From assembly GCA_965219085.1 (NCBI GenBank), contig OZ244720.1, positions 576,001 through 640,000 of the forward strand: a stretch of DNA of 64,000 bases. The letters are read 5' to 3'. Shown here one piece after another: positions 9,622 through 20,262 of this stretch. The DNA comes from Dehalococcoidia bacterium. GTDB taxonomy: Bacteria > Chloroflexota > Dehalococcoidia > UBA2979. Position 1 is the first letter of the stretch. Each line of letters begins with the position of its first letter. The position numbers and the translations under genes are program-made. The notes under the pieces are model-generated. The model ran no database searches. It worked only from the letters and a program-made list of their open reading frames with translations, and was not told the DNA's origin.

Positions 9622-9934
9622 TGCCCCATCCAACCTGTGAGAGCGCAACACGCTCGCGCGAGGGGGCATTGGTGCGTCCGACGGTCGCGAAATCGAACGG
9701 GAACGCGCGGGAGGCAGGCGCAACGGCGCTGAACGAGCGCACTGGTGCCGGCCCGCGGGCCGGGCCTCTCTCTCTCTGTTGCTTCAACCGCCTCGGCCAC
9801 GTCGCCGCACGCCCCTCCGCCGTCTCTCATACGAACCGTCGCCGCCCTCGACGCTCCAGTAGGTGCGCGCTGGCGACCCCGTTGGACGGAGGCCTGGCGA
9901 CGGCCATGCGCAACACACACCAGAAGGGGACACG

Positions 9935-12322
9935 ATGACCCGCACAGCCAGACCCAGGCTCGCCATCCTGTTCGTCGCCCTGGCCGCGCTGCTGGCACTG
10001 CCCCTCTCCGGCCCGGGGGCCCTGGCCCAGGACGGCTCCGTTCCCGATCAGCCCACGGGACTGTCCACCGAAGCGTCCCACGACTCCGTTGCGCTCGCCT
10101 GGGACGACCCCGGCGACACCAGCATCACCCACTACCAGGTATTGCGGCGCGACCGCGACATCCACGCCGCCGGCGAGTTCGTCACCATCAAGGAGAGCAC
10201 CGGCTCGGCGGCAAGGAGCTACACGGACGACACCGCGGAGCCCGAGAGGCGCTACGTGTACCGGGTGAAGGCGGTGAACCAGCACGGGGCCAGCACGTGG
10301 TCGAGCTACAGCAGGGCCAACACTCCGGGGGCTCCACCGCCGGAACTCGAACCCGACACTGACAACGCGCCACACGGTTCGGAGGGCGGTCCCCCTACGG
10401 GTGCGCCTGCGATCAGCGGGACAGCACACGTCGACGAGACGCTGATCGCGGACACCGACGGCATCAGCGATCCCGACGGACTGACCACGCCGAACTTCAC
10501 ATACCAGTGGCAGACCACTCCTCCGTGGACGAGCGCCTTCACCGACATCCCCGATGCGACCGGCCGTCGTCTCAGCTTGAGTGACGACGAATTCGCCAAG
10601 CGGGTGCGGGTGCTGGTGCACTTCACCGATGACGCCAGCAATCCGGAGTCGGTTGCCAGCGAGCCGACCAGGGTCGTCCGCGCGAATGCCGGTTGGGCGG
10701 ATTACGCGGACCCTGTTTCGGTGATCATGACTAGGGACAATTGGAGGCCCGTCGGGAGTGACGGGATCGACATCAACATCACCTTCGGAATCATGGTCGG
10801 AACTTCGGGGGGCATCTATGTCAGGGTGCCAACCACCGAGTTGGCGCTGGACGACATCGTTGTTACCAACGGCACGGCGTCGAATTTGCGTACGATGCAC
10901 AGACTCTACTCACAGTATCGGGTCAGAGTCGCGCCCACGACCGTGGGCGAACCCATCACAGTGCAGGTACCAGCAGACGCCGTCACGTCATATGCCGACG
11001 AGGACAGCAAAGGAAATTCGGCGTCGCGGATCCTCACCATTCGGACTGTCTCCGACACCACGCCGCCGTCGGTACTGAGGATGTACTACGCGGAATCCGA
11101 CTACTCTCCTACGCCTCATCAGGGGCCGTACACGGTGTACATCGACTTCAGCGAGGTCGTGCGGGCGATCAAGCGCGCCGACTTCACCATCACGCCCTCG
11201 ACCACCCGCGTGAGCGTCTATGTCGTGGGAACCAAAGGCGTCGTCTCCGTTACTCCACCGGACGAGCATTACGCCGGTGACATTACGGTCACGCTGAACG
11301 CGCTGACGGTTCGGGACTACGGCGACAACCTGAACCAGGAGTCCCACAGCATTACCCGCACCGTGGCGCCGGATACCGAGAAGCCCGAGGTGGTGCGGGT
11401 ATTCGACTATCTCGGCGATCTCAATTACCGACTTCTCTTCCTGAACAGCGAGCCGACGACTGTGATCAACAGAGATGGGCTCGTGCTGCAGGACGCTCAT
11501 GATGAACAGCATGTCATCCCGGGAGAGCTGCGGAGCCGATACGGGGGACATGACGACGACCTGATGCAATTCGTCCCGTCCTACCAACGGTCCTATCCCG
11601 CCTGCCTGAGGCTGACCATCAAGGCCGGCGCCTTCCGGGATTGGGCGGGCCAGGAGAATGAAGAACAGGTGCTGTTCGTAGACCACAGTAGCGGCGTCAA
11701 TTGTCCGCCACGGCACCGGCCACCGGCTCGCACTTCGCTCATCGGCCTCGACCTGACCGACGGCGCTGCTCTCGTCGGCCTCAACCCAAAGGAGAAACCG
11801 CCCGACGGGAAGCCGACCACCACTCCGGACTCCGGCGTAACCACCCGCTCCGACCTCACCGAATCCGCCCAGGGTGCGGTCTACACCTACCAGGACGGCG
11901 ACCGCACCCTGCGGGTCCGGCTGCAGACCGACCTGGTCGCGCACCGCAGCGCCGACAACACCGCCGACGACATCGTGGTCGCGAGCAACGGCGGCGAGAG
12001 CATCGTGCGGAGGCAGCCCGGGCACGAGCGCACTGACGAGCAGCCGGTCTTCCGCTCCCAATCCGGCGGCGGCTTGATGACGCTGCCCGGCGGCGTGCTG
12101 CTGGTGCTGGACGCCGCCTGGGACGAGGCGCGGGTCGATGACTTCCTCGTCCGGAACAAGATCGCGCAGAGCCGCGTATCGGCGCTGCGATTCGCCCCAA
12201 ACGCCTTCCTCGTGGAGACCGATCCCGGGTTCCCGTCGCTGGACCTGGCGAACGCGCTGGCTGGCCAGGACGGAGTGCTGATCTCCAGCCCCAACTGGCG
12301 CAGAGAAGTCGTTCCCTACTGA
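9935..12322 (+). CDS. Secreted FN3/Ig-like protein with a C-terminal S8 propeptide/chaperone-like module
   Basis: GAAGGGG RBS; signal peptide MTRTARPRLAILFVALAALLALPLSGPGALA; FN3 and Ig-like repeats; C-terminal TLPGGVLLVL...SLDLANALAGQDGVLISSPNWRREVVPY. 795 aa. Confidence 0.85.
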   Translation: MTRTARPRLAILFVALAALLALPLSGPGALAQDGSVPDQPTGLSTEASHDSVALAWDDPGDTSITHYQVLRRDRDIHAAGEFVTIKESTGSAARSYTDDTAEPERRYVYRVKAVNQHGASTWSSYSRANTPGAPPPELEPDTDNAPHGSEGGPPTGAPAISGTAHVDETLIADTDGISDPDGLTTPNFTYQWQTTPPWTSAFTDIPDATGRRLSLSDDEFAKRVRVLVHFTDDASNPESVASEPTRVVRANAGWADYADPVSVIMTRDNWRPVGSDGIDINITFGIMVGTSGGIYVRVPTTELALDDIVVTNGTASNLRTMHRLYSQYRVRVAPTTVGEPITVQVPADAVTSYADEDSKGNSASRILTIRTVSDTTPPSVLRMYYAESDYSPTPHQGPYTVYIDFSEVVRAIKRADFTITPSTTRVSVYVVGTKGVVSVTPPDEHYAGDITVTLNALTVRDYGDNLNQESHSITRTVAPDTEKPEVVRVFDYLGDLNYRLLFLNSEPTTVINRDGLVLQDAHDEQHVIPGELRSRYGGHDDDLMQFVPSYQRSYPACLRLTIKAGAFRDWAGQENEEQVLFVDHSSGVNCPPRHRPPARTSLIGLDLTDGAALVGLNPKEKPPDGKPTTTPDSGVTTRSDLTESAQGAVYTYQDGDRTLRVRLQTDLVAHRSADNTADDIVVASNGGESIVRRQPGHERTDEQPVFRSQSGGGLMTLPGGVLLVLDAAWDEARVDDFLVRNKIAQSRVSALRFAPNAFLVETDPGFPSLDLANALAGQDGVLISSPNWRREVVPY

Positions 12323-15300
12323 GATCACTCGCGCTGGTCGTCGCCTGCGTCCTGCTTGGCGTCGTGGCCGCGCCCGGCCTCGCGCGAGCGCAGGCGCCGC
12401 CGCCCGCCGCCGCCCCGACCATCGACTCGGTCACGCCCGACGAACGCTCGCTGATCGTGCACTGGCTGGCGCCCGCCGGCGTCGACGCGGCGGACATCAG
12501 CGCCTACGACGTGCGCTCCATCGAGAGCGATGCGCCGGACAAGGCCGCCGGCCTCTGGACCGTCGTGTTGGACGCCTGGAGCACGGGCGCGGGCGACCTG
12601 CACTATCTGATCACCGGCCTGACCAACGACACGCAGTACGACGTGCAGGTGCGCGCGGTCACGATGGATGGCGAGGGCTCCTGGTCGGCCACCGTCACCG
12701 GCACACCCGCCGACCACAGCGGCGCGATCGCCGGCGCAACCGCGCTGGCGCTGGACTCCACGGCAACCGGGGTCATCGAGGCGGGCGGCGACAAGGATTT
12801 CTTCAAGATCGTGCTGAGCAGCGCCACCGACCTGTGGCTCTACACGAGCAGCAATCTCAACACCGCGGGCGTACTGTACGGCGCCGACGGCGAAGTCCTC
12901 AGATCCAACATTAATCCCTGGTGGCCGGACTGGTCACAGGACTTCGAGATCCGCAACCGGCTGGGACGGGGAACCTACTATGTCAGCGTCCGCGGTCGAT
13001 GGTCGAGCGTCACTGGGCCGTACACGCTGCATGCGCGAACGGCGATCGCCCCCGGCGGCTCCATCGCCGATGCCACGGACATCACCCTTGGCGCCCCGGC
13101 GGCGGGGCGGATCAACGCGGCGGGCGACCGGGACGTCTTCAAGCTCGTGCTGACCAGCGCCGCCGACCTGTATATCGCCGCCAGCGGCTATGTCGACACG
13201 TTCGGCGAATTGCTCGATGCCAACGGCTACCGCCTCGCCGAAAGTGACGACAGCGGCCTCAGGTTCAACCGACGCAACTTCGCAATCTGGCGCGCGGTGG
13301 AGCCGGGCACCTACTACGTCCGGGTGCGCGGCTGTTGCGACTGGGCGAGGGGGCCGTACACGCTCCACACGGTCGCACTCCCTCCACCCGGCGACTCCAT
13401 CGCCAGCGCCGAACACACTACCCACCGACTGACCCCGGTGCGGCTGGCCGAAGCCGACGACGAGCATTATTTCGCCATCGGGCTCTCCATCGACTTCTAC
13501 GTGAATATCAGCGCCATGGTCACCCATCGCATGCTCTCTCCCAACACGCGCGCCTCGCTTGCGGCGGAGATCCTCGACCAGGATGGCAATCCGGTGGACA
13601 TTAGTCTGATCCCCCACAGCTCCTACATCGCGGCTGGCTTTGGGAGCACAAGTTTTTCGATCTTAGACGAACTCAGCGCCGGCACGCACTACCTCAGAAT
13701 CTGGTCTCCCTCCGGCGAACCCGGAGAGTACCTGCTTCTGCTCTACGGCGACAGCGCGTATACGAAGCAGATTCGCTGGTGCACCGCCAAGGAGACCCCC
13801 ATCAGCGACCCCCTGTCCGGCTGTCAGTGGCACCTACGCAACAGCGGACAGTACCCCGGCGGGGCGGGACAGGACATCAACGTCGAAGACGCCTGGACCA
13901 CCACCAGGGGCGCCGGCGTCAACGTCGCGGTGGTCGACAACGGGATGCACTTCGAGCACGAAGACCTGACGGACAACGTCGACCCAGCCCGCAACCGCAA
14001 CTACTCCTCCTGGAGGCGCAGCATATTCGACCCCTACCACAGCCACGGGACGAACGTGGCCGGCCTGATCGCGGCGCGGGACAACGACATCGGCATGCGC
14101 GGCGTTGCGCCGCGGGCCACGATCTACGGCTACGACATATTTTCGGAAATCACGGACGCCAATATTGCAGACGCCATGTTCAGGATGGGCGAGGGGTCCA
14201 CGCCGGGCGACGAGGACACCGCCGTGTCCAACAACAGCTGGGGACCGCGACACTCCTCCGGCCCGGCCTGGGCGCATGCCTCCTGGGAGACGGCCGTCCA
14301 GAACGGGGTGACGAGCGGCAACCACGGCAAGGGAATCTTCTACGTCTTGGCCGCCGGCAACGGGCATCAGGTTGACGACAACGCCAACCTCAATGAACAC
14401 ACGAACTACTACGCGGTTACCGCCGTCTGTTCGGTCAACTACGACGATGAGCGAAGCAGCTACTCGGAAACGGGCGCGAACCTGTGGATTTGCGCTCCTT
14501 CAAACGGTGCTGGCAGGCGGATCGCGACGACCCATAACGGCCACCTCTACACCACCTCGTTCGGCGGCACGTCCGCGGCCGCTCCCATTGTCTCCGGCGT
14601 CGCCGCGCTGTTGCGCAGCGCAGACGACAGTCTGACCTGGCGGGACCTGAAGCTCATCCTCGCCGCGTCCGCGCGCAAGAACGATGAGATGCACGCCGGC
14701 TGGGCGCAGGGCGCGCTGGAATACGGCTCCGACAGCGAGCGCTACTTCTTCAACCACGAGTACGGCTTTGGCATGGTCGACGCCGGAGCCGCCGTCGCTC
14801 TGGCCGGCGGCTGGACCAAGGTTCCGGCCCTGCGCGAGATCAGCGCGGAATCGGAGGACAAGGATCTGGAGATTCCCGACCGTCCCTCCGGTGGCGCCCC
14901 GATCACGGTTTGCCGCAGTGTGACCGTCGGGAACCATGTGGGATTCACGGAGTTCGTCGAGATCAACACCAGGTTCGACCACGGCACCTTCAGGGATCTG
15001 CAAGTGGAGCTGGTGTCCCCCTCGGGCGCCGTGTCCACGCTGGCCGTCCCCGTTCCGCACTGGGGCATGGCGCTGAGAAGCGTGGCGCTGAGAGATCCCT
15101 ACCGGTTCGGCTCGGCCCGGCACCTCGGCGAGAACGCCGCCGGCGAGTGGACGCTGTGCATCACGGACAGGCGCCCGGGTGGACAGGGAACACTCGAGGC
15201 GTGGAGTCTGACCGTCTACGGACACGGATATACGCCCGGGCGCCCCGAAATCAGTGCGTTAGCCCCGGCCGTCGAGGCGCTCACAGTTGAATGGAGCGCC

Positions 15301-18300
15301 CCCGCCGACATCGGCGGCTCGGCCGTCACCGCCTACGACCTGCGCTACATCGAGAGCAACTCCAACTTCGGGGCCGGCGCCAACTGGACGGTCGTCGAGG
15401 GGGCGTGGACCTCCGGCGCACTGGAATACACCGTCGGCGGCCTGGACTTCAGCGCCAGGCGCGACGTGCAGGTCCGAGCGGTGAACGATGCCGGTCCCAG
15501 CCGCTGGTCCGCCACGGCCGCGGGAGCGCCCGTGAGAAACGAACCGCCCTTTTTCCCGGCGGGGTTGACCACGACTCGGTCCGTGGCCAAGAACACGGGC
15601 GGGAGCACGCCCATCGGCGCGCCGGTCACGGCCACCGACCCCGAGGGCGACACCTTGGTCTATACGCTCTCGGGCCTCGACGCGGACCTGTTCACCATCG
15701 AGAGCCGGAGCGGGCAGATCCGGGTTGCGCCGGACACGACGGTAGGCAACCAGCCGGGGAGGACATACGCCGTTGAGGCGAGCGCCACCGACCCCTATGG
15801 CCTCAAGGACCGCACCTTTGTCATCATCGGCGTCACCGACCAGAACGAGGCGCCGGTCGTGAGCGGGCTCGCCCGCGTGGACTACGCCGAGCAGGGCACG
15901 GCGGACGTGGCGATCTACAGCGCAGAGGATCCAGAGCACGCCACGATCGCCTGGTCGTTGGAGGGGACGGACGGCGGCGACTTCCGCATTAGCGACACCG
16001 GCGTGTTGGGCTTTGAGGAGCCGCCCGACTTCGAGTCCCCGGCGGACTCGGGCGAAGACAACGAGTACCTGGTGCGAGTGCGGGTCTCCGACGGCGTGAA
16101 CGACGACACACTCGACGTGACGGTGACCGTCACGAACGAAGAGGAGGCGGGGACGCTCACGCTGTCCTCGCAGCAGCCGCTGGTGGGCACCTTGCTGACC
16201 GCCACGCTCGACGACCCCGACGGCGACATCACGAGCCTGTCGTGGACATGGGAGCGCTCCCTGAACCGCAGCACCTGGAGCGAGATCACGGGGGCGACGT
16301 CAGCCAGCTACACCCCGCTCGCGGCCGACGACCTCAACCACTACCTGCAGGTCACGGTCGAGTACACCGACGGGCACGGCTCGGGCAAGAGCCTAGCCGC
16401 GGTGACGCACCGCGCGGTGGAGGAGCCGCCGCCGGTCAACTACCCGCCGGTGTTCGCCGACCCGAGCACGACCCGCTCCGTCGCCGAGAACTCCGCCGAG
16501 GGAGCCACGGTCGGCGAGCCGGTCACCGCCACCGACGACAACAACGACACGCTGTCGTACACGCTCACGGGCCGCGACGTGGACACGTTTAGCGTCGACG
16601 ACTCCACGGGGCAGATCCGCGTCAAGCCGGGCGCGGCGCTCGACTACGAAGACCCGAACTCCTTCCCCTACATCGTGACCGTCACCGCCAGCGACCCCTC
16701 CACCACATCCGACAGTATCGAGGTCGAGATCACCGTCGATGACGTGAACGAGGCACCCGAGGCGGTGCGCGACGACGCCACGACCGTCGAGGACATGAAG
16801 TTGACCGTCGACGTCCTGGCCAACGACAACGATCCCGACGCGGGCGATCCCAACGACACCCTGACCGTCTCGGTGAGCACGCCGCCGGACAACGGGGTCG
16901 CCGAGGTCAATGCCGACCGGACCATCACCTACGCGCCCAACGCCGACTTCCACGGCGTCGACACGTTCACCTACCAGGCGACCGACGCCGGGGGCCTCTC
17001 CGGGGAGGCCATGGTCGTCGTGACGGTCGATCCGGTGAACGACGCGCCGGTGTTCGCGGAAGGTTCGGCCGAGCGCGAGGTCTACGCGGGCGCCACGGCG
17101 GACACGGAGGTCGGCGACCCGGTGGAGGCCACCGACCCGGATGGCGACATCCTGGAGTACGCACTCTCGGGCATCGACGCGAGCAGCTTCGTGATCGACT
17201 CGGACACGGGCCAGATCACCATCGGCGCGGACACCGAACTCGACCCCGAGGTCCAGGAGACCTACCTGGTGACGGTAACCGCCTCCGACGGCACGCTCAT
17301 GACGCCGATCGAGGTCACCATCACCGTCACGGAGCGCCCGGCGATCACCACCGGGGGCGGCGGTAGTGGTGGCCCGTCGGGGCCCTCGCCGAGCGAGCTG
17401 GACTTCGAGTGGAACGTGAAGCGCGACCTCGAAGCGCTGGACGGCGGCCACGACACGCCTACCGGCGCCTGGTCGGACGGCACAACCCTCTGGGTACTCG
17501 AGAACGGAGACGGCGCCGGCGACGCCATCTACGCCTACGACCTGAACACGGGCGAACGCCTGGAGGAGCGCGAGTTCGAACTCGACGAGCGCAACCGCGC
17601 GCCGCGCGGCGTCTGGTCCGGCGGCACGGTCATCTGGGTCTCCGACAGCGGCCAGGACCGCCTCTTCGGCCATGACCTCGAGACGGGCGAGCGGCTGCCG
17701 GAGCGCGACCTCGAGCTCGACGAGGACAACGGCGCCGCCCGCGGCATCTGGTCGGATGGCGAGAGGATGTGGGTGCTCGACGGCGGCAAGGACAGCCTCT
17801 TCGCCTACGACCTCGGGAGCGGCGCGCTGGTGGCCGAGTACGCCCTCGACGACGCCAACGGCGACCCTCACGGGATCTGGTCGGACGGGGTGACGATCTG
17901 GGTCTCGGACCACGGCGCGAAGCGGCTCTTCGCCTACCGCCTCGAGGATGGGGAGCTCGTACGCAACAGCGAGGAGGAGTTCACGGAGCTGAGCAAGGCC
18001 TCCAACAACAGCCCGCGCGGCATCTGGTCGGACGGCGAGGTGATCTACGTGGCCGACGAGAGCGACGACAAGGTCTACAGCTACAACATGCCCGACGCGA
18101 TCGACGCGCGCCTCGCCTCGCTGACGCTGAGCGGCATCGAGATCGGGGAGTTCTCGGGGGACCGCACGGAGTACGACGGCGTCGCCGCCGAGGGCGTGAC
18201 GGAGACGACGGTCGAGGCGGAGGCGCTGCAGCGCCGCACGACCGTCCTCATCGAGCCGGCCGACGCCGGCGGCGACGACACGAACGGCCACCAGCTGGCG

Positions 18301-19230
18301 CTGGAGGGCATCGACGCGATCACGGTCACCGTGACCTCGGCCGACGGCAGCCGCACGCGTGTCTACCGCGTGCGCCTGGGAGAGCGGGACCGCGAAGCGA
18401 CGCCCGAGCCCTGGCCGGAGTGCCTGCGCGGCGACATCGCCGCGGGCTTCAGCACCGTCGTCTACGCGGGCGGCGGCGTCGAGGAGCTGGAGGCCTGCGC
18501 GCGCGGCCTGCACGTCACCGCCCTCTACGTGCTCGACGAGGGCGAGTTCGTCTCCTACATCCTCGGAGCGCCTGCGTTCGTGAACCAACCGTTCGTCGAG
18601 CTATTCGCCGATGGCGTCCCCCCGGTCATGCCGCTGGTCGCCGCAAGCAAGGGGCCGCCGCCCGCGGCGGACGGCGCCGGCGCGCGCCTCGCCGCGCTCA
18701 CGCTGAGCGGCGTCGCCATCGGCGAGTTCTCGGGCGAGCGCACGCAGTACGCCGGCGCCGCGGGCGAGGGCGTGACGCAGACGACGGTCGGGGCCGCGGC
18801 CGTGCAGCACACGGCGCGCGTCCTCATCGAGCCCGCCGACGGCGACGGCGACGCGGCGAACGGCCACCAGGTGGGTCTGGAGGAGGGCGCGGAGATCGTC
18901 GTCACCGTGACCTCCCAGGACGGCAGCCGCACCAGGGTCTACCGGGTGTGGGTCGGGAGCGCGAAGGAAGAGTGGGAGCCCGCGCCGGGGTGCCTGCGCG
19001 GCGGCATCGCCGCGGGCTTCAGCCTCGTCGTCTACGAGGGTGGCGGCGTCGGGCAGCTGGAGGCCTGCGCGCGGAGCCTGCACGTCAGCGCCCTCTACGT
19101 GCTCGACGAGGGCGTGTTCGTCTCCTACATCCTGGGCGCGCCTGAGTTCGTGAACCGGCCCTTCCACGAGCTGTTCCCGCACGGCCTTCCGCCCCTCACG
19201 CCGCTGGTCGCCGCAAGCGACGGGCCATAG
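12319..19230 (+). CDS. Giant secreted kexin-like S8 serine protease 1 (FN3, PPC, S8, P-domain, cadherin repeats, shared C-terminal cassette)
   Basis: Catalytic triad VVDNG, HGTNVAG, GGTSAAAP; oxyanion AAGNG; P-domain VELVSPSG. The start is extended to the in-frame CTG 12319, which overlaps the upstream TGA and gives the signal peptide xRSLALVVACVLLGVVAAPGLARA. About 2,300 aa. Confidence 0.9.
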   Translation: MRSLALVVACVLLGVVAAPGLARAQAPPPAAAPTIDSVTPDERSLIVHWLAPAGVDAADISAYDVRSIESDAPDKAAGLWTVVLDAWSTGAGDLHYLITGLTNDTQYDVQVRAVTMDGEGSWSATVTGTPADHSGAIAGATALALDSTATGVIEAGGDKDFFKIVLSSATDLWLYTSSNLNTAGVLYGADGEVLRSNINPWWPDWSQDFEIRNRLGRGTYYVSVRGRWSSVTGPYTLHARTAIAPGGSIADATDITLGAPAAGRINAAGDRDVFKLVLTSAADLYIAASGYVDTFGELLDANGYRLAESDDSGLRFNRRNFAIWRAVEPGTYYVRVRGCCDWARGPYTLHTVALPPPGDSIASAEHTTHRLTPVRLAEADDEHYFAIGLSIDFYVNISAMVTHRMLSPNTRASLAAEILDQDGNPVDISLIPHSSYIAAGFGSTSFSILDELSAGTHYLRIWSPSGEPGEYLLLLYGDSAYTKQIRWCTAKETPISDPLSGCQWHLRNSGQYPGGAGQDINVEDAWTTTRGAGVNVAVVDNGMHFEHEDLTDNVDPARNRNYSSWRRSIFDPYHSHGTNVAGLIAARDNDIGMRGVAPRATIYGYDIFSEITDANIADAMFRMGEGSTPGDEDTAVSNNSWGPRHSSGPAWAHASWETAVQNGVTSGNHGKGIFYVLAAGNGHQVDDNANLNEHTNYYAVTAVCSVNYDDERSSYSETGANLWICAPSNGAGRRIATTHNGHLYTTSFGGTSAAAPIVSGVAALLRSADDSLTWRDLKLILAASARKNDEMHAGWAQGALEYGSDSERYFFNHEYGFGMVDAGAAVALAGGWTKVPALREISAESEDKDLEIPDRPSGGAPITVCRSVTVGNHVGFTEFVEINTRFDHGTFRDLQVELVSPSGAVSTLAVPVPHWGMALRSVALRDPYRFGSARHLGENAAGEWTLCITDRRPGGQGTLEAWSLTVYGHGYTPGRPEISALAPAVEALTVEWSAPADIGGSAVTAYDLRYIESNSNFGAGANWTVVEGAWTSGALEYTVGGLDFSARRDVQVRAVNDAGPSRWSATAAGAPVRNEPPFFPAGLTTTRSVAKNTGGSTPIGAPVTATDPEGDTLVYTLSGLDADLFTIESRSGQIRVAPDTTVGNQPGRTYAVEASATDPYGLKDRTFVIIGVTDQNEAPVVSGLARVDYAEQGTADVAIYSAEDPEHATIAWSLEGTDGGDFRISDTGVLGFEEPPDFESPADSGEDNEYLVRVRVSDGVNDDTLDVTVTVTNEEEAGTLTLSSQQPLVGTLLTATLDDPDGDITSLSWTWERSLNRSTWSEITGATSASYTPLAADDLNHYLQVTVEYTDGHGSGKSLAAVTHRAVEEPPPVNYPPVFADPSTTRSVAENSAEGATVGEPVTATDDNNDTLSYTLTGRDVDTFSVDDSTGQIRVKPGAALDYEDPNSFPYIVTVTASDPSTTSDSIEVEITVDDVNEAPEAVRDDATTVEDMKLTVDVLANDNDPDAGDPNDTLTVSVSTPPDNGVAEVNADRTITYAPNADFHGVDTFTYQATDAGGLSGEAMVVVTVDPVNDAPVFAEGSAEREVYAGATADTEVGDPVEATDPDGDILEYALSGIDASSFVIDSDTGQITIGADTELDPEVQETYLVTVTASDGTLMTPIEVTITVTERPAITTGGGGSGGPSGPSPSELDFEWNVKRDLEALDGGHDTPTGAWSDGTTLWVLENGDGAGDAIYAYDLNTGERLEEREFELDERNRAPRGVWSGGTVIWVSDSGQDRLFGHDLETGERLPERDLELDEDNGAARGIWSDGERMWVLDGGKDSLFAYDLGSGALVAEYALDDANGDPHGIWSDGVTIWVSDHGAKRLFAYRLEDGELVRNSEEEFTELSKASNNSPRGIWSDGEVIYVADESDDKVYSYNMPDAIDARLASLTLSGIEIGEFSGDRTEYDGVAAEGVTETTVEAEALQRRTTVLIEPADAGGDDTNGHQLALEGIDAITVTVTSADGSRTRVYRVRLGERDREATPEPWPECLRGDIAAGFSTVVYAGGGVEELEACARGLHVTALYVLDEGEFVSYILGAPAFVNQPFVELFADGVPPVMPLVAASKGPPPAADGAGARLAALTLSGVAIGEFSGERTQYAGAAGEGVTQTTVGAAAVQHTARVLIEPADGDGDAANGHQVGLEEGAEIVVTVTSQDGSRTRVYRVWVGSAKEEWEPAPGCLRGGIAAGFSLVVYEGGGVGQLEACARSLHVSALYVLDEGVFVSYILGAPEFVNRPFHELFPHGLPPLTPLVAASDGP
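17365..18650 (+). repeat. Shared C-terminal cassette, copy 1
   Basis: Gly linker, then GPSGPSPSELDFEWNVKRDL, (R/H)GIWSDG propeller repeats, a cadherin-like sandwich and the CLRG...YILGAP.FVN domain. Highly similar to 27085-28640 and 40480-42040. Confidence 0.85.
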
Positions 19231-19377
19231 CCCGCCATGCTCCAGGAGCGCCGCGAGGCCTGCCGTGGCGACGAGGTCGACGAGTGCCTGCTCCTTGGGG
19301 TAGAGCTTCTCGCCCGGAGAGCGACGGCATCCGCACGAGCACGTCCTCCGGCTCGGGGTTGAAGACCGTCTTGCCAC

Positions 19378-19437
19378 GGACGAGGAGGTCCTGGTCCTGT
19401 TCGCCTCACAGGCGGCGATAGCCATCGCCAACGCCCG
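19378..19437 (+). repeat. 60-bp fragment of the hybrid kinase GAF coding sequence, inverted relative to 54706-54765
   Basis: 58/60 identical by eye. It encodes DEEVLVLFASQAAIAIANA. Confidence 0.75.
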
Positions 19438-19870
19438 TGGAGGCGACCCTGTTGGATTCCCGCCCGACGCTGACGCATGACGGCGGCGAGCCTACCGGCG
19501 TTCCAATCAACAACAAGCCAATGGGCGCTCCGGGGCGGGGTGGGGCGGCCGAAGGGAGCGGGGTGGTGGGTCGGCCCGCCTGAGGGCAGGTGTTCGGACC
19601 GGGACGCCTACGAGGCTGGGAAAGAACCCCAGCCTTGTCGGCCCGGCCTCGTCCGGTGGTAGATGACGATAACTTGATCGCTGATGTCGCCTTGCCGTAG
19701 CGACAAAGGCTGGACCGGCTCTTTTTCACTACCACACAGACACCGGCACGCCGCCGCGCTCGTGCGAGAGGCGATGCGCCCCGTTCTACGCGGCGCTCTC
19801 GTTCGGAGAGCGGGTCAGGCGGTTGGAGAGCGGGGCCCTACCACGGTTCGCGTCCAACACAGAGGGCCGC

Positions 19871-20130
19871 TCAGGACTCGATCAGCCTTCCTGGGGCTGG
19901 GTCCAACGCAGGGTACACGAACGCGAATTGCGGGGCGCGCGGGATCGGCATGTCGCCGAAGGGCACGTCGATGATCACCGGCGCGTCGCGCTCGAGCGCC
20001 GCCGGAAGCAGCGTTTCCAGCTCCATCGGGCCGTCCGCCCCCATGCCGACCGCGCCGAAGGACTCGGCGAGCTTCACGAAGTCAGGGGTGTGCAGGTCGG
20101 TCCCGAAGGTGCCGCCGAAGCCCGACGCAC
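19871..20130 (-). pseudogene. C-terminal remnant of a ThDP-dependent (acetolactate synthase-like) enzyme
   Basis: FGTDLHTPDFVKLAESFGAVG...LPAALERDAPVIIDVP. The 5' part is replaced by the promoter at 20133. Confidence 0.7.
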
Positions 20131-20132
20131 TG

Positions 20133-20208
20133 TTCACGATACTTTCATATCTAATGATGCCTAATTCACGCTGCATGCACTGACACCCGGCCAGTTAGCA
20201 GGAAGAAT
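20133..20208 (+). promoter_or_regulatory. Conserved activator-box promoter, copy 2
   Basis: TTCAC 20133, TTCAT 20144, TTCAC 20165, TGCAC 20176; CTGACA(20180)-17 nt-AAGAAT(20203). Confidence 0.7.
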
Positions 20209-20262
20209 CGAACCGTGTCCGGCTGCGGAGGCGTAGCGCCGCCCGCGACAGGAGGTCCCTGC

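Noticed and set aside
9660-9730. Cobalamin or c-di-GMP riboswitch in the conserved leader
   Set aside because: Only the short AACGGGAA and GCGAA words match. The core consensus elements are not recognisable.
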